Of a DNA stretch of 64,000 nt, positions 9,753 through 19,604 are shown piece after piece. A model generated the notes under the pieces. The model was not told the origin of the DNA. It worked only from the letters and a program-made list of their open reading frames with translations, and ran no database searches. Every line of letters begins with the position of its first letter. The stretch's first letter is position 1. The translations under genes were made by a program, and so were the position numbers. Source of the DNA: Vulcanimicrobiales bacterium. Lineage in GTDB: Bacteria > Vulcanimicrobiota > Vulcanimicrobiia > Vulcanimicrobiales > Vulcanimicrobiaceae. Location of the stretch: the NCBI GenBank assembly GCA_038215615.1, contig JBBQQR010000009.1, forward strand, positions 1 through 64,000. The letters run 5' to 3'.

Positions 9753-10685
9753 CTATTCACGGGCGAGCACGTGTTCGCTAATGAACGCGATCGATCGGCG
9801 CAATCCTTCGTCGAGTGAGACGCGGGGCTCCCAGCCGAGCGAACGCGCGGCGCTGAGATCCGCGAGTGTCTGCTCGGCTTCGTCGCCCGCAATATCGGGA
9901 GCATGTTCCGGTGGGATCTGCGTGCCGAGCAATGTAGAGATCTTGCGATAAACTTCCAAGACCGAGTAGTTCTTGCCGCTTCCCAGATTGAACGTGCGAC
10001 CGGCAGTGCGCGGGTCGGTCAGACAGCGCACATGAAAATCGTTTACGTCATCGACGAAGATGAAATCGCGGCGTTTCTCTCCGGTTCCGTAGATAACCGG
10101 GCGTTCTCCGTTGAGAAGCTTGAGGATGAACGCGCTCATCACGGGAGGCACGGTTCGCCGGTAGTCCTGCCGCGGACCATACACGTTAAAGTAGCGCAGC
10201 GCGGTCATACGCATGCCGAATTTCCGCTCGTACCGCCGCGCGAATGCCATGCCGGCAAATTTGCTTATTGCATAAAAACTCTCGGGCGCCACATCGTCTT
10301 CGCGCGACGGAAAACGTCCTGTTCCCTCATAGAGCGCCGAGGTTTCCGAATAAATGACGTTTGGAATTGTGGCGCGGCGGCATGCTTCGAAAATATTGAC
10401 GGTGCCTTCAACGTTTACGGATACCGTCTCGACGGGGTCGTCTTCACAGTCGGAAAGACAGTTCTTAGCGGCCAGGTGAAAAACCGCATCCATGCCCGCA
10501 AACGCGTGAGAAATTTTCGAATCGCGGATGTCGGCTTCGATCAGGCGTACGCCCGGCGGGACCTGCTCGCGTAATCCGTATGCCAGGTTGTCGATGCCGG
10601 TCACATCGTGACCGTCCGCAACGAGGCGATCGGCCAGATTGCTCCCGATGAATCCGGCCACGCCCGTAATGAGGATTTTTGCCAT
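9753..10685 (-). CDS. NAD-dependent epimerase/dehydratase
   Basis: ITGVAGFIGS, HLAA, YAISK, LRYFNVYGPRQ, RDFIFVDD. Confidence 0.9.
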   Translation of the reverse strand: MAKILITGVAGFIGSNLADRLVADGHDVTGIDNLAYGLREQVPPGVRLIEADIRDSKISHAFAGMDAVFHLAAKNCLSDCEDDPVETVSVNVEGTVNIFEACRRATIPNVIYSETSALYEGTGRFPSREDDVAPESFYAISKFAGMAFARRYERKFGMRMTALRYFNVYGPRQDYRRTVPPVMSAFILKLLNGERPVIYGTGEKRRDFIFVDDVNDFHVRCLTDPRTAGRTFNLGSGKNYSVLEVYRKISTLLGTQIPPEHAPDIAGDEAEQTLADLSAARSLGWEPRVSLDEGLRRSIAFISEHVLARE

Positions 10686-10686
10686 T

Positions 10687-11721
10687 CTAGGTGGGGCTTT
10701 TGTCTAAATGATAATGCATCGAGCGGGAGGCCAACGTGTTCGTCAAGACTCTGCTGCCGTCAAAATCCGCGTTGTACGCAAGGCGCGGGAAACCGCGGTC
10801 TTGCATGAACCGCGTGAGTTCGGCTCCGTCGTGCGGACAGTAGAGCTGGAGGAAACCGCCGCCGCCGGCGCCGACAATCTTGCCGCCCAAGACCCCGAAT
10901 TCTTTGCGCGTCTGTGTGTAGAGCTCTTCGATGCCGGCGGGAACGATTTTGTTCGACAGCCGTTTCTTCTGAGTCCAATGTTCGTGGAGCAGTCTTCCGA
11001 ACGTATCAAAGTCGCTGCTCTTGATGGCTTTGCCGATCTCCAGGCCGATATCCCGGATACGCACGAGGGCCTCTTCGGTGCGTGAATTGCCGCTTTGCAA
11101 TGCCGCGGTCTCCTCCGCGAGAATGTCCGTCGTTACGTGCTGCGTCTTTGTGTAATACATGTGCGTTTTGGAGACCAGTTCAGAGATTGCATGGGCCGGA
11201 AGCGATACTCGACTGACCCCAACGGTTCCGTCGGGCGCGATATTCAGTTCCGTCAATCCGCCAAACGCGGCCAAATACTGGTCTTGCTTTCCAATCGGTT
11301 TCTTGAGGATATCGAGTTCGATCGAGCACGCCTCTTCCGCAATCTCTGCGAAGCTGCCGGGTGTAAGCAAGTAGGCACGGATCGCATTGAGCAACCCGAC
11401 CAAATAACAACTCGATGAGCCCAGGCCCGTACCCGCGGGCAAGTCGGCCAGCGACGCGATTTCGATGGCGTCCGCAATGCCGTGATGTACCAGCGCCTCG
11501 CGTGCAAGCTCGTGCTTCAACTGCTCCACGCGTTCCACGGTTTCGCTTTGCGTATAGTGCAGGCGCACCAGACGGTCGGCGTATGGCACGTTCAGCGCGA
11601 CGTACATATACTTGTCGATTCCCATTGCTAGGACGTACGCGCCATGCGTTCGGTAGAACGCCGGCAAGTCGGTTCCGCCGCCGCCAAGGGTGACGCGAAA
11701 GGGCGTACGCGTAACGATCAA
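10687..11721 (-). CDS. hddA: GHMP kinase, D-glycero-alpha-D-manno-heptose-7-phosphate kinase-like
   Basis: RTPFRVTLGGGGTD, PAGTGLGSS, GKQDQY, KIVGAGGGGF. Confidence 0.8.
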   Translation of the reverse strand: MIVTRTPFRVTLGGGGTDLPAFYRTHGAYVLAMGIDKYMYVALNVPYADRLVRLHYTQSETVERVEQLKHELAREALVHHGIADAIEIASLADLPAGTGLGSSSCYLVGLLNAIRAYLLTPGSFAEIAEEACSIELDILKKPIGKQDQYLAAFGGLTELNIAPDGTVGVSRVSLPAHAISELVSKTHMYYTKTQHVTTDILAEETAALQSGNSRTEEALVRIRDIGLEIGKAIKSSDFDTFGRLLHEHWTQKKRLSNKIVPAGIEELYTQTRKEFGVLGGKIVGAGGGGFLQLYCPHDGAELTRFMQDRGFPRLAYNADFDGSRVLTNTLASRSMHYHLDKSPT

Positions 11722-11766
11722 GGTGAGGAATCCTCTCTATCCAAACGTGAGTTCGGAGATGATGCG

Positions 11767-12468
11767 ATGATCCTTTCCGCTCACCAGCCCGCATATCTTC
11801 CGTGGCTCGGATTTTTTGGAAAGTTGGCGAGCAGCGACGCGTTTTGCGTACTCGACACGGCGCAATACAGTCGCGGAGATTTCATCAACCGCAATCGAAT
11901 AAAGACCGCTCAAGGATCGATGTGGCTGACCGTACCGATCCACGCCCATGGTCACCCGCGTATTTGCGACGTGCGGATCCGCGATAACGGATGGCAACGC
12001 AAACACGTCATGGCTCTGCGGCATGCATACCGGAAAGCCCCGTACTTTGACTCGTTTGCTCCCGGCTTGGAGGCGGTGATCACGCAGCGATATTCGTTCC
12101 TGACGGAACTAACGGGCGCGCTGCTGCGCCATTTCATCGAGTTGCTCGGCATAGAAACCCGCCTCATGCTCGCGAGCGAGTACGATTTTGCCGGCAAGAA
12201 ATCCGAGTACCTCGTGGACATATGCAAACGGTTGGGAGCGAAAACGTTTCTGTTCGGCGCTGAGGGACGGTCGTACGCCGACCTGGATGCGTTTCACTCG
12301 GGCGGAATCGAAGCGCTCTTTCAAGAGTACGCGCACCCGGTCTACCATCAGCGGTATGGCGCGTTCTTGCCGCGACTATCGATCGTCGACCTGCTTTTCA
12401 ACGAAGGCCCGCGGAGCCTTGAGATAGTTCGTGCCGGCTGTGCCCTATATACGAACACGGCAAAGTGA
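11767..12468 (+). CDS. WbqC-family protein
   Basis: HQPAYLPWLGFF, NRNRIKT..WLTVP, YRKAPYF, LSIVDLLFNEGP. Confidence 0.9.
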   Translation: MILSAHQPAYLPWLGFFGKLASSDAFCVLDTAQYSRGDFINRNRIKTAQGSMWLTVPIHAHGHPRICDVRIRDNGWQRKHVMALRHAYRKAPYFDSFAPGLEAVITQRYSFLTELTGALLRHFIELLGIETRLMLASEYDFAGKKSEYLVDICKRLGAKTFLFGAEGRSYADLDAFHSGGIEALFQEYAHPVYHQRYGAFLPRLSIVDLLFNEGPRSLEIVRAGCALYTNTAK

Positions 12469-13064
12469 CCTGGGGAAGACGAATGCCGTATCTCCGCGAG
12501 CGGCGACAATCGGCGTTGAGCGAAACTCAGGATATCCGAAGGGTCCGCATGGTATTCGGAAGCGAGTTGTCCCCTAGCGAAGGATGACAAAAAATCAACG
12601 GCGATACCTCGGCGTGCCATGCCATAAAGGTTGTGCAGCATGTCCTCCACGTAAGCGAGCCATCGCGTCTTGGAGATATTTAATCGAACGTTAAACGTTC
12701 CGCACGCAATCGCATAATCGTACCTCCTTCGCGGGCGCGCCCGCAGGATATCGCGGCACTCCAGGTCGATTCCGGGATGCATCCGTCGCGCCCGCTCGAC
12801 CATTCGCGGGTTTATGTCGGACCCGAAGTACTGCGCCTGTCGGTGATGTTTCTTGAGAAAATCGTAGAGGCTGGCAAGTCCGCAGCCAACGTCGTACACG
12901 GAGAAGGCCCGGTCCTCGTGCGCGAAAATCTGCGCCACTTCCGAAAATTTGCTCGCTTGGCTTCCCGCATTACGCCAGCCGGCGGCGCGGGCTTCGTCTC
13001 GATGCTTATCGAGTAAACCGTCATAATAGCGAATGATGCCCGCTATGTCGATAGAGTTCGACAT
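12348..13064 (-). CDS. class I SAM-dependent methyltransferase
   Basis: SVYDVGCGLA, GSDINP, YDYAIACGTFN. ATG at 13064; the 3' end overlaps wbqC on the opposite strand. Confidence 0.8.
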   Translation of the reverse strand: MSNSIDIAGIIRYYDGLLDKHRDEARAAGWRNAGSQASKFSEVAQIFAHEDRAFSVYDVGCGLASLYDFLKKHHRQAQYFGSDINPRMVERARRMHPGIDLECRDILRARPRRRYDYAIACGTFNVRLNISKTRWLAYVEDMLHNLYGMARRGIAVDFLSSFARGQLASEYHADPSDILSFAQRRLSPLAEIRHSSSPGHFAVFVYRAQPARTISRLRGPSLKSRSTIDSRGKNAPYR

Positions 13065-13129
13065 ATCACCTGATCCTTTGTAGGGAAGGAGCTCGTCGTT
13101 GCGAATCCCAGGAAACACAAAATAAAACT

Positions 13130-14269
13130 ATGAAGCTCTCGTTCTACGTTGCAACGCGAAACGGTTCTTCGAGAAACCCTCCTGGAACGTTCGCAACGCT
13201 GCTTCAACAATACAAGGAGCTCGGCGACGAGCTGGTCGTTCTCGTTGACGACACGACGACGGACGATACTTTTGACATTGCGAAAAACTTTACGCCAAAC
13301 GTGCACCGTTTCGCGCACGACCCGCTGTTCATCGAGATGCAGCGTCAGGCTTTCTATCGCTGCAGCGGAGATTGGATTTTTGCAGCGGACGACGACGACC
13401 GGATGGGCTCGAACTGGACGCGCCCCATCCTCGACGAACTCATGAGCCGGCGCACCGTCACGCACTATTGGGTTCCAACGCGTTACCTCGTCAGCGACGA
13501 TTTCTATCTTTCAACGGCGCCCTATATCGGCCATTTTAGCGCGCAGTTTTTTCGCAACATCGAGTCGATCGCGATCTTACCCTCCAATTTGCATCAGCAG
13601 ATTGCCTTCGCCGGCGAGCCGGCATATCTGGCCGGCCTGTACATGGATGCTATGAACTTCACCTGGCACGATCGGGCGTCGCGTGAAGCCAAGGTGCGGA
13701 CGTACGATGAAGCCCACGACGAAGCGAACACCAATTTCGATCAGAGCCGTTTTTATCTTTACGAAGATTACTATTTTGAAACCGAACGCAGAGAAGATTG
13801 CGCCGCTCCCGCCGTCATGGAGCCGATCGACTCCAGCGAGACGCCGCGCGGCATTCACGTACGCATTTTGAGCGCGCAATCGAGCATGACTGTTGGTCAG
13901 ACGTATTGGGCTACGGTGCGGATCGTGAACAACTCTGATCGAGCACTGCTTCCTCAAAGTGAATTCCTCCGGTGGGGCGAACTCGCCCTCGGATATCGCT
14001 GGTTGCCGCTAACCGAAAACGCGGGCGCCGGCACGCAGCCGCAGACGCCGTTCCCTGCTAGACTTTTGCCTGGACATCAGCACGATGCATTGATAAGAGT
14101 TCAAGCGCCGGCAGTGCCGGGCACGCGGCAACTAAAAGTCGATATTCTGGAAGAGAACCGCTCGTGGCTTTCGGATGCGGAACCCGCCGGGTCGTTCGAA
14201 ACGCGCGAGGTTCAGATTCGGCCTCTTGTCTGGCCGCCGACGACCGAGCCCCAGCGCGCTCATGGCTGA
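13130..14269 (+). CDS. GT2-like glycosyltransferase with C-terminal Ig-like domain
   Basis: ELVVLVDD.TTDDT, GDWIFAADDDDR. C-terminal 'VRIVNNS...LGYRW...PG...APAVPG...VDILEE..W' Ig-like pattern. Confidence 0.7.
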   Translation: MKLSFYVATRNGSSRNPPGTFATLLQQYKELGDELVVLVDDTTTDDTFDIAKNFTPNVHRFAHDPLFIEMQRQAFYRCSGDWIFAADDDDRMGSNWTRPILDELMSRRTVTHYWVPTRYLVSDDFYLSTAPYIGHFSAQFFRNIESIAILPSNLHQQIAFAGEPAYLAGLYMDAMNFTWHDRASREAKVRTYDEAHDEANTNFDQSRFYLYEDYYFETERREDCAAPAVMEPIDSSETPRGIHVRILSAQSSMTVGQTYWATVRIVNNSDRALLPQSEFLRWGELALGYRWLPLTENAGAGTQPQTPFPARLLPGHQHDALIRVQAPAVPGTRQLKVDILEENRSWLSDAEPAGSFETREVQIRPLVWPPTTEPQRAHG

Positions 14270-14933
14270 CGTTCTCGTGCTGGCGGCGCATCCCGACGAC
14301 GAGGTGCTGGGATGCGGAGCAACGATCGCGTCCCACAAAGCACGAGGAGACACCGTTCATGTTGTTATTGCATGTGAAGGAGTGACGGCTCGCGCCGAGG
14401 CCGGCAGCGATGACCTCGAAAAATTGAAAGCGGCCGCGCGCCGCGCGAACGCAATCCTAGGTTCCGACTCGCTCGAATTGCACGATTATCCCGACAACAA
14501 GTTGGATTGCGTACCCGCGCTAGACGTTACAAGGTTCGTTGAGGAGCGAATCCGCCGCCACGGCCCGGCGATCGTCTACACGCATCATTGGAACGACGTG
14601 AATGTCGATCACCGGCGCTTAAGCGACTGCGTTCTCACTGCGTGCCGGCCGTTTCCCGGCCAGACCGTTCGCAGAATTCTCTCCTTTGAAGTGGCGTCGA
14701 GCACGGGTTGGTTCGGCCCGCGGCCGGATGCATTCGATCCCAATTGGTTTGTGGACGCCGGCCTTACGCTTGACGCCAAATTTGCGGCGCTCCAAGAATA
14801 CTCGCAGGAAATGCGCGACTTCCCGCACGCGCGTTCGATTGAGGCGTTGACCCACTTGAGCCACTGGCGAGGCGCTGCTGTAGGCTTGGCAGCGGCAGAG
14901 GCATTCGTCCTGGTTCGCAGTCTTGAAACGTGA
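14262..14933 (+). CDS. PIG-L/LmbE-family deacetylase
   Basis: AAHPDDEVLGCG, YTHHWNDVNVDH, AEAF. Confidence 0.9.
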   Translation: MADVLVLAAHPDDEVLGCGATIASHKARGDTVHVVIACEGVTARAEAGSDDLEKLKAAARRANAILGSDSLELHDYPDNKLDCVPALDVTRFVEERIRRHGPAIVYTHHWNDVNVDHRRLSDCVLTACRPFPGQTVRRILSFEVASSTGWFGPRPDAFDPNWFVDAGLTLDAKFAALQEYSQEMRDFPHARSIEALTHLSHWRGAAVGLAAAEAFVLVRSLET

Positions 14934-15607
14934 AGCACCATTATAAGGAAAAGCTCGCCGATCTCCGGCTTTGTTTCGCCGAAGGGGAATACTCCGCCGA
15001 AGTTTTCGGTTCGCGCGACTATGTTGCGCGGCTGGAAGCCTACGAAGCCACGGAAAATTGCAAAGCTGACAGAAAGCGCATTCGCGCGCTCGTCGAGCCG
15101 CGGGCGGGGCTAAAAGTCCTCGACTATGGCTGCGGCCTGGGCGGCCTATGCGCGGAGCTTACGGCCGCGGGATCCACCGCTCACGGGACGGATATTTGCA
15201 TCGAGATCCTCGCCGCGGCGCGACAACTCCATCCCGAGCTGAGCTTTCTTGCGATCGACCAGGTAAGCGGCATGTACGACGTCGTCGTCTCGATGCACGT
15301 GCTGGGCCACGTGCGCGATCCTCAATCGACGCTCAAAAGAATGCGCGATCTGCTGCGCCCCGAAGGCATCCTGGTGATGTGCGTGCCGAATCCGGCCTAC
15401 ACCCTGGGGATGATTCCGAACAACATCGTCAATGACTATTTGCCCGATCCGACTGCCATCCGGTGCTGGTCGGAACGCCGCATCGTTTCCGAACTTCGCG
15501 CCGCGGGCTTTCGTCCGGAAGGCATGGAACCGTTCGGAGAGTTTCCACCACTGTTTCCGATCGATGCGATGCGAAGCCGGCTCGTTGGTAAAGCCATTAA
15601 ATGTTGA
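14930..15607 (+). CDS. class I SAM-dependent methyltransferase
   Basis: VLDYGCGLG, YDVVVSMHVLGHVRDP, LRPEG..VPN. Confidence 0.8.
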   Translation: MKHHYKEKLADLRLCFAEGEYSAEVFGSRDYVARLEAYEATENCKADRKRIRALVEPRAGLKVLDYGCGLGGLCAELTAAGSTAHGTDICIEILAAARQLHPELSFLAIDQVSGMYDVVVSMHVLGHVRDPQSTLKRMRDLLRPEGILVMCVPNPAYTLGMIPNNIVNDYLPDPTAIRCWSERRIVSELRAAGFRPEGMEPFGEFPPLFPIDAMRSRLVGKAIKC

Positions 15608-16596
15608 ATGGCAAGTCTATCTTCGTTACGGGCGGCACCGGCTCGTTCGGCCAAGCATTCGTCGCTACGGTGCTGCAGCGTTACAAGCCGCGGGAAGTGA
15701 TCGTTTTCTCGCGAGACGAGCAGAAGCAGTACGAGATGCGTCATTCCGTGGCGCGCGATGGAGTTCGGTATGTATTAGGCGATGTCCGCGATCGCGAACG
15801 TCTCACGCGCGCGTCCCAAGGCGTGGACATCATTGTGCACGCCGCCGCGCTGAAACAAGTGCCGACTGCCGAGCACAATCCGATCGAGGCCGTGAAGACG
15901 AATATCTGGGGCGCGCAGAACGTGATATTTGCCGCCATCGACAATAGCGTTTCGCGCGTCATAGCGCTGTCGACCGACAAGGCCGTCAATCCTATCAACC
16001 TGTACGGTGCGACAAAGCTGGTCTCCGACAAGTTGTTCGTGGCGGCAAATGCGACCGGCGACGCGGGGCAAACGATGTTTTCGGTTGTCCGCTACGGCAA
16101 CGTGTTTACGTCACGCGGCTCGGTCGTGCCGTATTTTCAAAAACTCTCGGCCGAAGGCGCTTCGAAACTTCCCATTACGGATGTTCGGATGACGCGCTTC
16201 TGGATTACGCTGCAGGCCGGCGTCGATTTCGTACTGGGCTGCCTTGCGCGAATGCAAGGTGGGGAGATTTTCGTCCCGCGTATTCCGTCCGTACGTATGA
16301 TTGACGTCGCGAAGGCGGTCGCGCCGGGGTTGGGATTCGAGGTCACTGGGATACGTCCGGGTGAGAAGCTGCACGAAACGCTTTGTCCGAAAGATGAAGC
16401 GCACCTGACGCTCCGGTTTGGCGAACATTTCGTCATCCGGCCTTCGATTGCGATGCCCCCGGGCCGTTCTTACGGCATCGATGCTTTAGGAGAGCAGGGC
16501 GCGCCGGTTGAGGAAGGCTTTGAATATACTTCCGCGAGCAACGAGCACTTTCTGAAAGCCGAAGAGCTTCGCCGTCAGGTGGGCGCGACGGGCTGA
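15601..16596 (+). CDS. pseB: UDP-N-acetylglucosamine 4,6-dehydratase (inverting)
   Basis: TGGTGSFG, SRDEQKQ, HAAALKQVP, LSTDKA.NPINLYGATKL, VRYGNV..SRGSV, MTRFWITL, GIRPGEKLHE. Confidence 0.92.
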   Translation: MLNGKSIFVTGGTGSFGQAFVATVLQRYKPREVIVFSRDEQKQYEMRHSVARDGVRYVLGDVRDRERLTRASQGVDIIVHAAALKQVPTAEHNPIEAVKTNIWGAQNVIFAAIDNSVSRVIALSTDKAVNPINLYGATKLVSDKLFVAANATGDAGQTMFSVVRYGNVFTSRGSVVPYFQKLSAEGASKLPITDVRMTRFWITLQAGVDFVLGCLARMQGGEIFVPRIPSVRMIDVAKAVAPGLGFEVTGIRPGEKLHETLCPKDEAHLTLRFGEHFVIRPSIAMPPGRSYGIDALGEQGAPVEEGFEYTSASNEHFLKAEELRRQVGATG

Positions 16597-17885
16597 CGAA
16601 GGCGCCGCGCGACGTCGGCGGCGGCGAGTCCAAGCAGAATCATCCACGCCATTCCCACCTTCGGATAGAAGACGAGCAGATCGAGAATGAAGTGCACGGC
16701 AAGCGCACTACTCGCCGCGAGAGCGGCGATCGTCAGCGGCGTTTGCGCGCGGCGGACGAAGGTCGCGACGGAAGTATAGATCAAGAAAAGCGTAGCGGCC
16801 AGCAGCGGGATGCCGCCCTCAACGAGGCTTTGGAGGTAGAGGCTGTTGGCGTGCGTTTTGATCGGCGCGCGCAAGAACTTTCCCACCTCGAGCTCGTAAT
16901 TGCCTGCTCCAATGCCCCAAACCGGGTGCTCGCGCCACAGTTGAATTGCAGCTCGCCACAGGTCGCGACGCGTTCCCAGACCGCCATGGATCTCTATGCG
17001 GTGATGCGGCGCAGTCGTTACTAACCCGATTCCGCCCGCCACCAAACGCCAGCCGATTCCCGCACCTGCAAGTATTGCGAGCACTGCAGCGCCGAATGCG
17101 ATTCGGACGGCAGAAGAACGCGCGCACATGAATGCAACTAGGAGCAGCGCTAATGCGAGCGCAACGAGGCCGCCGCGCGAAAGCGTCATGACTGTAGCGA
17201 GAATCCCGCCGGCGATCGTGAATATTTCCGGCCAGCGCCTCCCTTGCAACAGCGTATATGCGAGCATCACCGGCAGCATTAAACCAAGGAACGCGGCGAG
17301 TTGATTAGGCCCTTCGAGCGGACCGGCGATGCGCGGCACCTCCGCATGTGCGATGATGAGCCCTGAGTGCGCACCCAGATACAACTCCGGGACTGAAAGC
17401 GCAACGACGATCGCGGTGACCACGAGCACCGCCCAGCGGATCAACTGCCCGTCGTGATCTTCGTAAAACGCGATCGCGCAAACGCACAGGATGACGGCGT
17501 ACTCTATCCATTTCGATGTTTCGCGTTCGACCGGCGTGATGAACGCCGCGTGCAAAATGGAAAGCGCCGTGGCAAGCGTCACGAGCAGCACCGAAAGTAC
17601 CAACGGCGCTACCGGTCCGGTCTTCAGCGCGCTCATGGGGGTTTTTCGCAGCGCGAGGCCGGCAATCGCGCCGGCAAGCGCAACTTTGGAGAGGGTGAGC
17701 GTTGTGATGCCGATCGAATGGGAATACGCGAACGGATCGAGCAAGAGCAGCGCGACGACCGCGTACACCGGCTTTCGTGACGTCGCGATCGCGACGATTG
17801 AAAAAACTGCGGCAAAGACCACGATGCCGGCAATATCGATATGAGGCGCGGTCACATCGGCCGGCACGACTGGGCCGAATTGCAT
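16575..17885 (-). CDS. O-antigen ligase / Wzy_C family membrane protein
   Basis: Polytopic; RIAGPLEGPNQLA, TLSRGG, R..LW..AI..W.EHP.WGIGAGNY, HANSLYLQ. Confidence 0.85.
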   Translation of the reverse strand: MQFGPVVPADVTAPHIDIAGIVVFAAVFSIVAIATSRKPVYAVVALLLLDPFAYSHSIGITTLTLSKVALAGAIAGLALRKTPMSALKTGPVAPLVLSVLLVTLATALSILHAAFITPVERETSKWIEYAVILCVCAIAFYEDHDGQLIRWAVLVVTAIVVALSVPELYLGAHSGLIIAHAEVPRIAGPLEGPNQLAAFLGLMLPVMLAYTLLQGRRWPEIFTIAGGILATVMTLSRGGLVALALALLLVAFMCARSSAVRIAFGAAVLAILAGAGIGWRLVAGGIGLVTTAPHHRIEIHGGLGTRRDLWRAAIQLWREHPVWGIGAGNYELEVGKFLRAPIKTHANSLYLQSLVEGGIPLLAATLFLIYTSVATFVRRAQTPLTIAALAASSALAVHFILDLLVFYPKVGMAWMILLGLAAADVARRLRQPVAPT

Positions 17886-17944
17886 GCCTGCGTGCTTCGT
17901 GAGGGGAAGAGTTCGACCTCGCTTAGGAGAAATTCAGCAGTATC

Positions 17945-18373
17945 GTGCACGATAATCCTAACGTCGACGTCAACGATCTGATGGCTCGGGTGCACGATCG
18001 TGTTCGCCGAGAAGAGCGCCTCGAAACAGCACCCGCCGCGGAACGCACGTATGTCTACGCCTCTGAGCTCGACGCTGCCAGCATCGAAGCGTTGCTATAC
18101 ACGGCGCGCAAAATGGCGCAAGTGCGCACCGTATGGCCGCGCAATTTCATGCGCTTTCCGTTCAACGTCAGCCGCTCTTTGCGGCGCACGTGTTTGAAAC
18201 TTTTTGCTTTTTTCTTCAACGATCAGCGGCATGTCAATTTTGCACTGACGGAAGCTGTTCGCGAACACGTGCAGCTCACTAAGGAGATGCACGGGCTCAT
18301 CGCGAGCCTTCAAGGTGAAGTACGTGTTTTGGAAGCGCGCCTTCAGGAAGCGGAGCGTCGTGTCGTCCGATAA
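17945..18373 (+). CDS. hypothetical protein with C-terminal coiled coil (glycan-locus associated)
   Basis: ORF heads the GT operon and overlaps the next gene; 'DQRHVNFAL' is followed by heptads. Confidence 0.65.
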   Translation: MHDNPNVDVNDLMARVHDRVRREERLETAPAAERTYVYASELDAASIEALLYTARKMAQVRTVWPRNFMRFPFNVSRSLRRTCLKLFAFFFNDQRHVNFALTEAVREHVQLTKEMHGLIASLQGEVRVLEARLQEAERRVVR

Positions 18374-19604
18374 CCGATCGATCGCGCTCGTAACGCCGTG
18401 GTTCGGCGAAGATCAAACCAACGGTGCAGCCCTGCTGTCATCGCAACTTGTGCGCGAACTTTTCGCTTCGAATCATCGCGTCGACGTGCTGACGACGTGC
18501 GCAAAATCGTTTGGGGACGACTGGTCGGCGAACTATTATGCCGAGGGCGCTTCGCACTCGGAAAACTTCACCCTGCGGCGCTTCGGCGTGCGCCGTCGCA
18601 ACGCCGAGGTTTTCAATCGCGCGAACCATTTTCTGCTCAGCCAGCCGCTTGAGTTTCTCAAAGTTCATCCGAACGCTATTCCGGCCGGCGTCGCGGAAGC
18701 TTTTTGCCGCGAGAACATTCAGTCGCCCGCCCTTTTGAAATACTTGTCCGACTGGGGCCGGAGTTACAACGCGATCCTTTTCACCCCGTATCTTTATGGG
18801 CCGGTGCTTGCAGGTGTAGAAATCGCCGCCGGACGTTCGTTTCTTCAGCCGTGCCTGCACGACGAAGCGTACGCGTACCTTCCGCAAGTGGCGCGCCTGT
18901 TTCGCGCCGCTCGCGGGCTGCTCTTTAATAGTAGAGCGGAGTTCGATCTTGCGCGCCGGCTTTATGGTCCGGAAATCGAAACAAAGAGTACGATCGTCGG
19001 GCACTGGGTCAGGGCGCCCGAACCGCACGCCGTGACCGGCGACAACGCCGTCCCGAGGGAACCGTTCGTTTTCTACCTGGGGCGTATGTGCGAGTCCAAA
19101 AACGTAGATCTGGTCGTAAAAGCGTTCCGCGATTACCGTCGTTACCGGCCAGGTTCGCGGCTGCAGCTCGTCCTTGCCGGCGACGGTGAGGACCAGGCTT
19201 TCGAGTCGGGCGGTGGCCTGCGCGTATTAGGCCGCATCGGCGAGCGTCGCAAGGCAGCGCTGCTTCAGGCGTGCGCCGCGCTACTCCAGCCAAGCGTTAA
19301 CGAAAGCTTTTCGCGTTCCGTGATGGAGGCGTGGAGCCACGGCAAACCCGCTGTGGTCAATTCGGAGTGTGCGCCGACCGCGCAGGCTATGCGTCTTTGT
19401 GGCGCCGGCTGGGCGGCGTCTTCGCCGGATGAGTGGATCGCCGCGCTTTCAGCCATCGATCGCGCAGCCCCGCAACAGCTGCGCGAGCTTGGCGAGCGCG
19501 GAAGAATGCATTATCTGCAATTCGGAACTCCACAGCGCGTGCTCCAGCGCTACCGTGAAGCTCTTGGCCTCGCCGGCGAGCCGTCGGCCGCGGCGCACGG
19601 GTAG
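18360..19604 (+). CDS. glycosyltransferase family 4
   Basis: FYLGRMCESKNV, PSVNESFSRSVMEAW..GKP. GTG start at 18360 chosen. Confidence 0.85.
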   Translation: MSSDNRSIALVTPWFGEDQTNGAALLSSQLVRELFASNHRVDVLTTCAKSFGDDWSANYYAEGASHSENFTLRRFGVRRRNAEVFNRANHFLLSQPLEFLKVHPNAIPAGVAEAFCRENIQSPALLKYLSDWGRSYNAILFTPYLYGPVLAGVEIAAGRSFLQPCLHDEAYAYLPQVARLFRAARGLLFNSRAEFDLARRLYGPEIETKSTIVGHWVRAPEPHAVTGDNAVPREPFVFYLGRMCESKNVDLVVKAFRDYRRYRPGSRLQLVLAGDGEDQAFESGGGLRVLGRIGERRKAALLQACAALLQPSVNESFSRSVMEAWSHGKPAVVNSECAPTAQAMRLCGAGWAASSPDEWIAALSAIDRAAPQQLRELGERGRMHYLQFGTPQRVLQRYREALGLAGEPSAAAHG

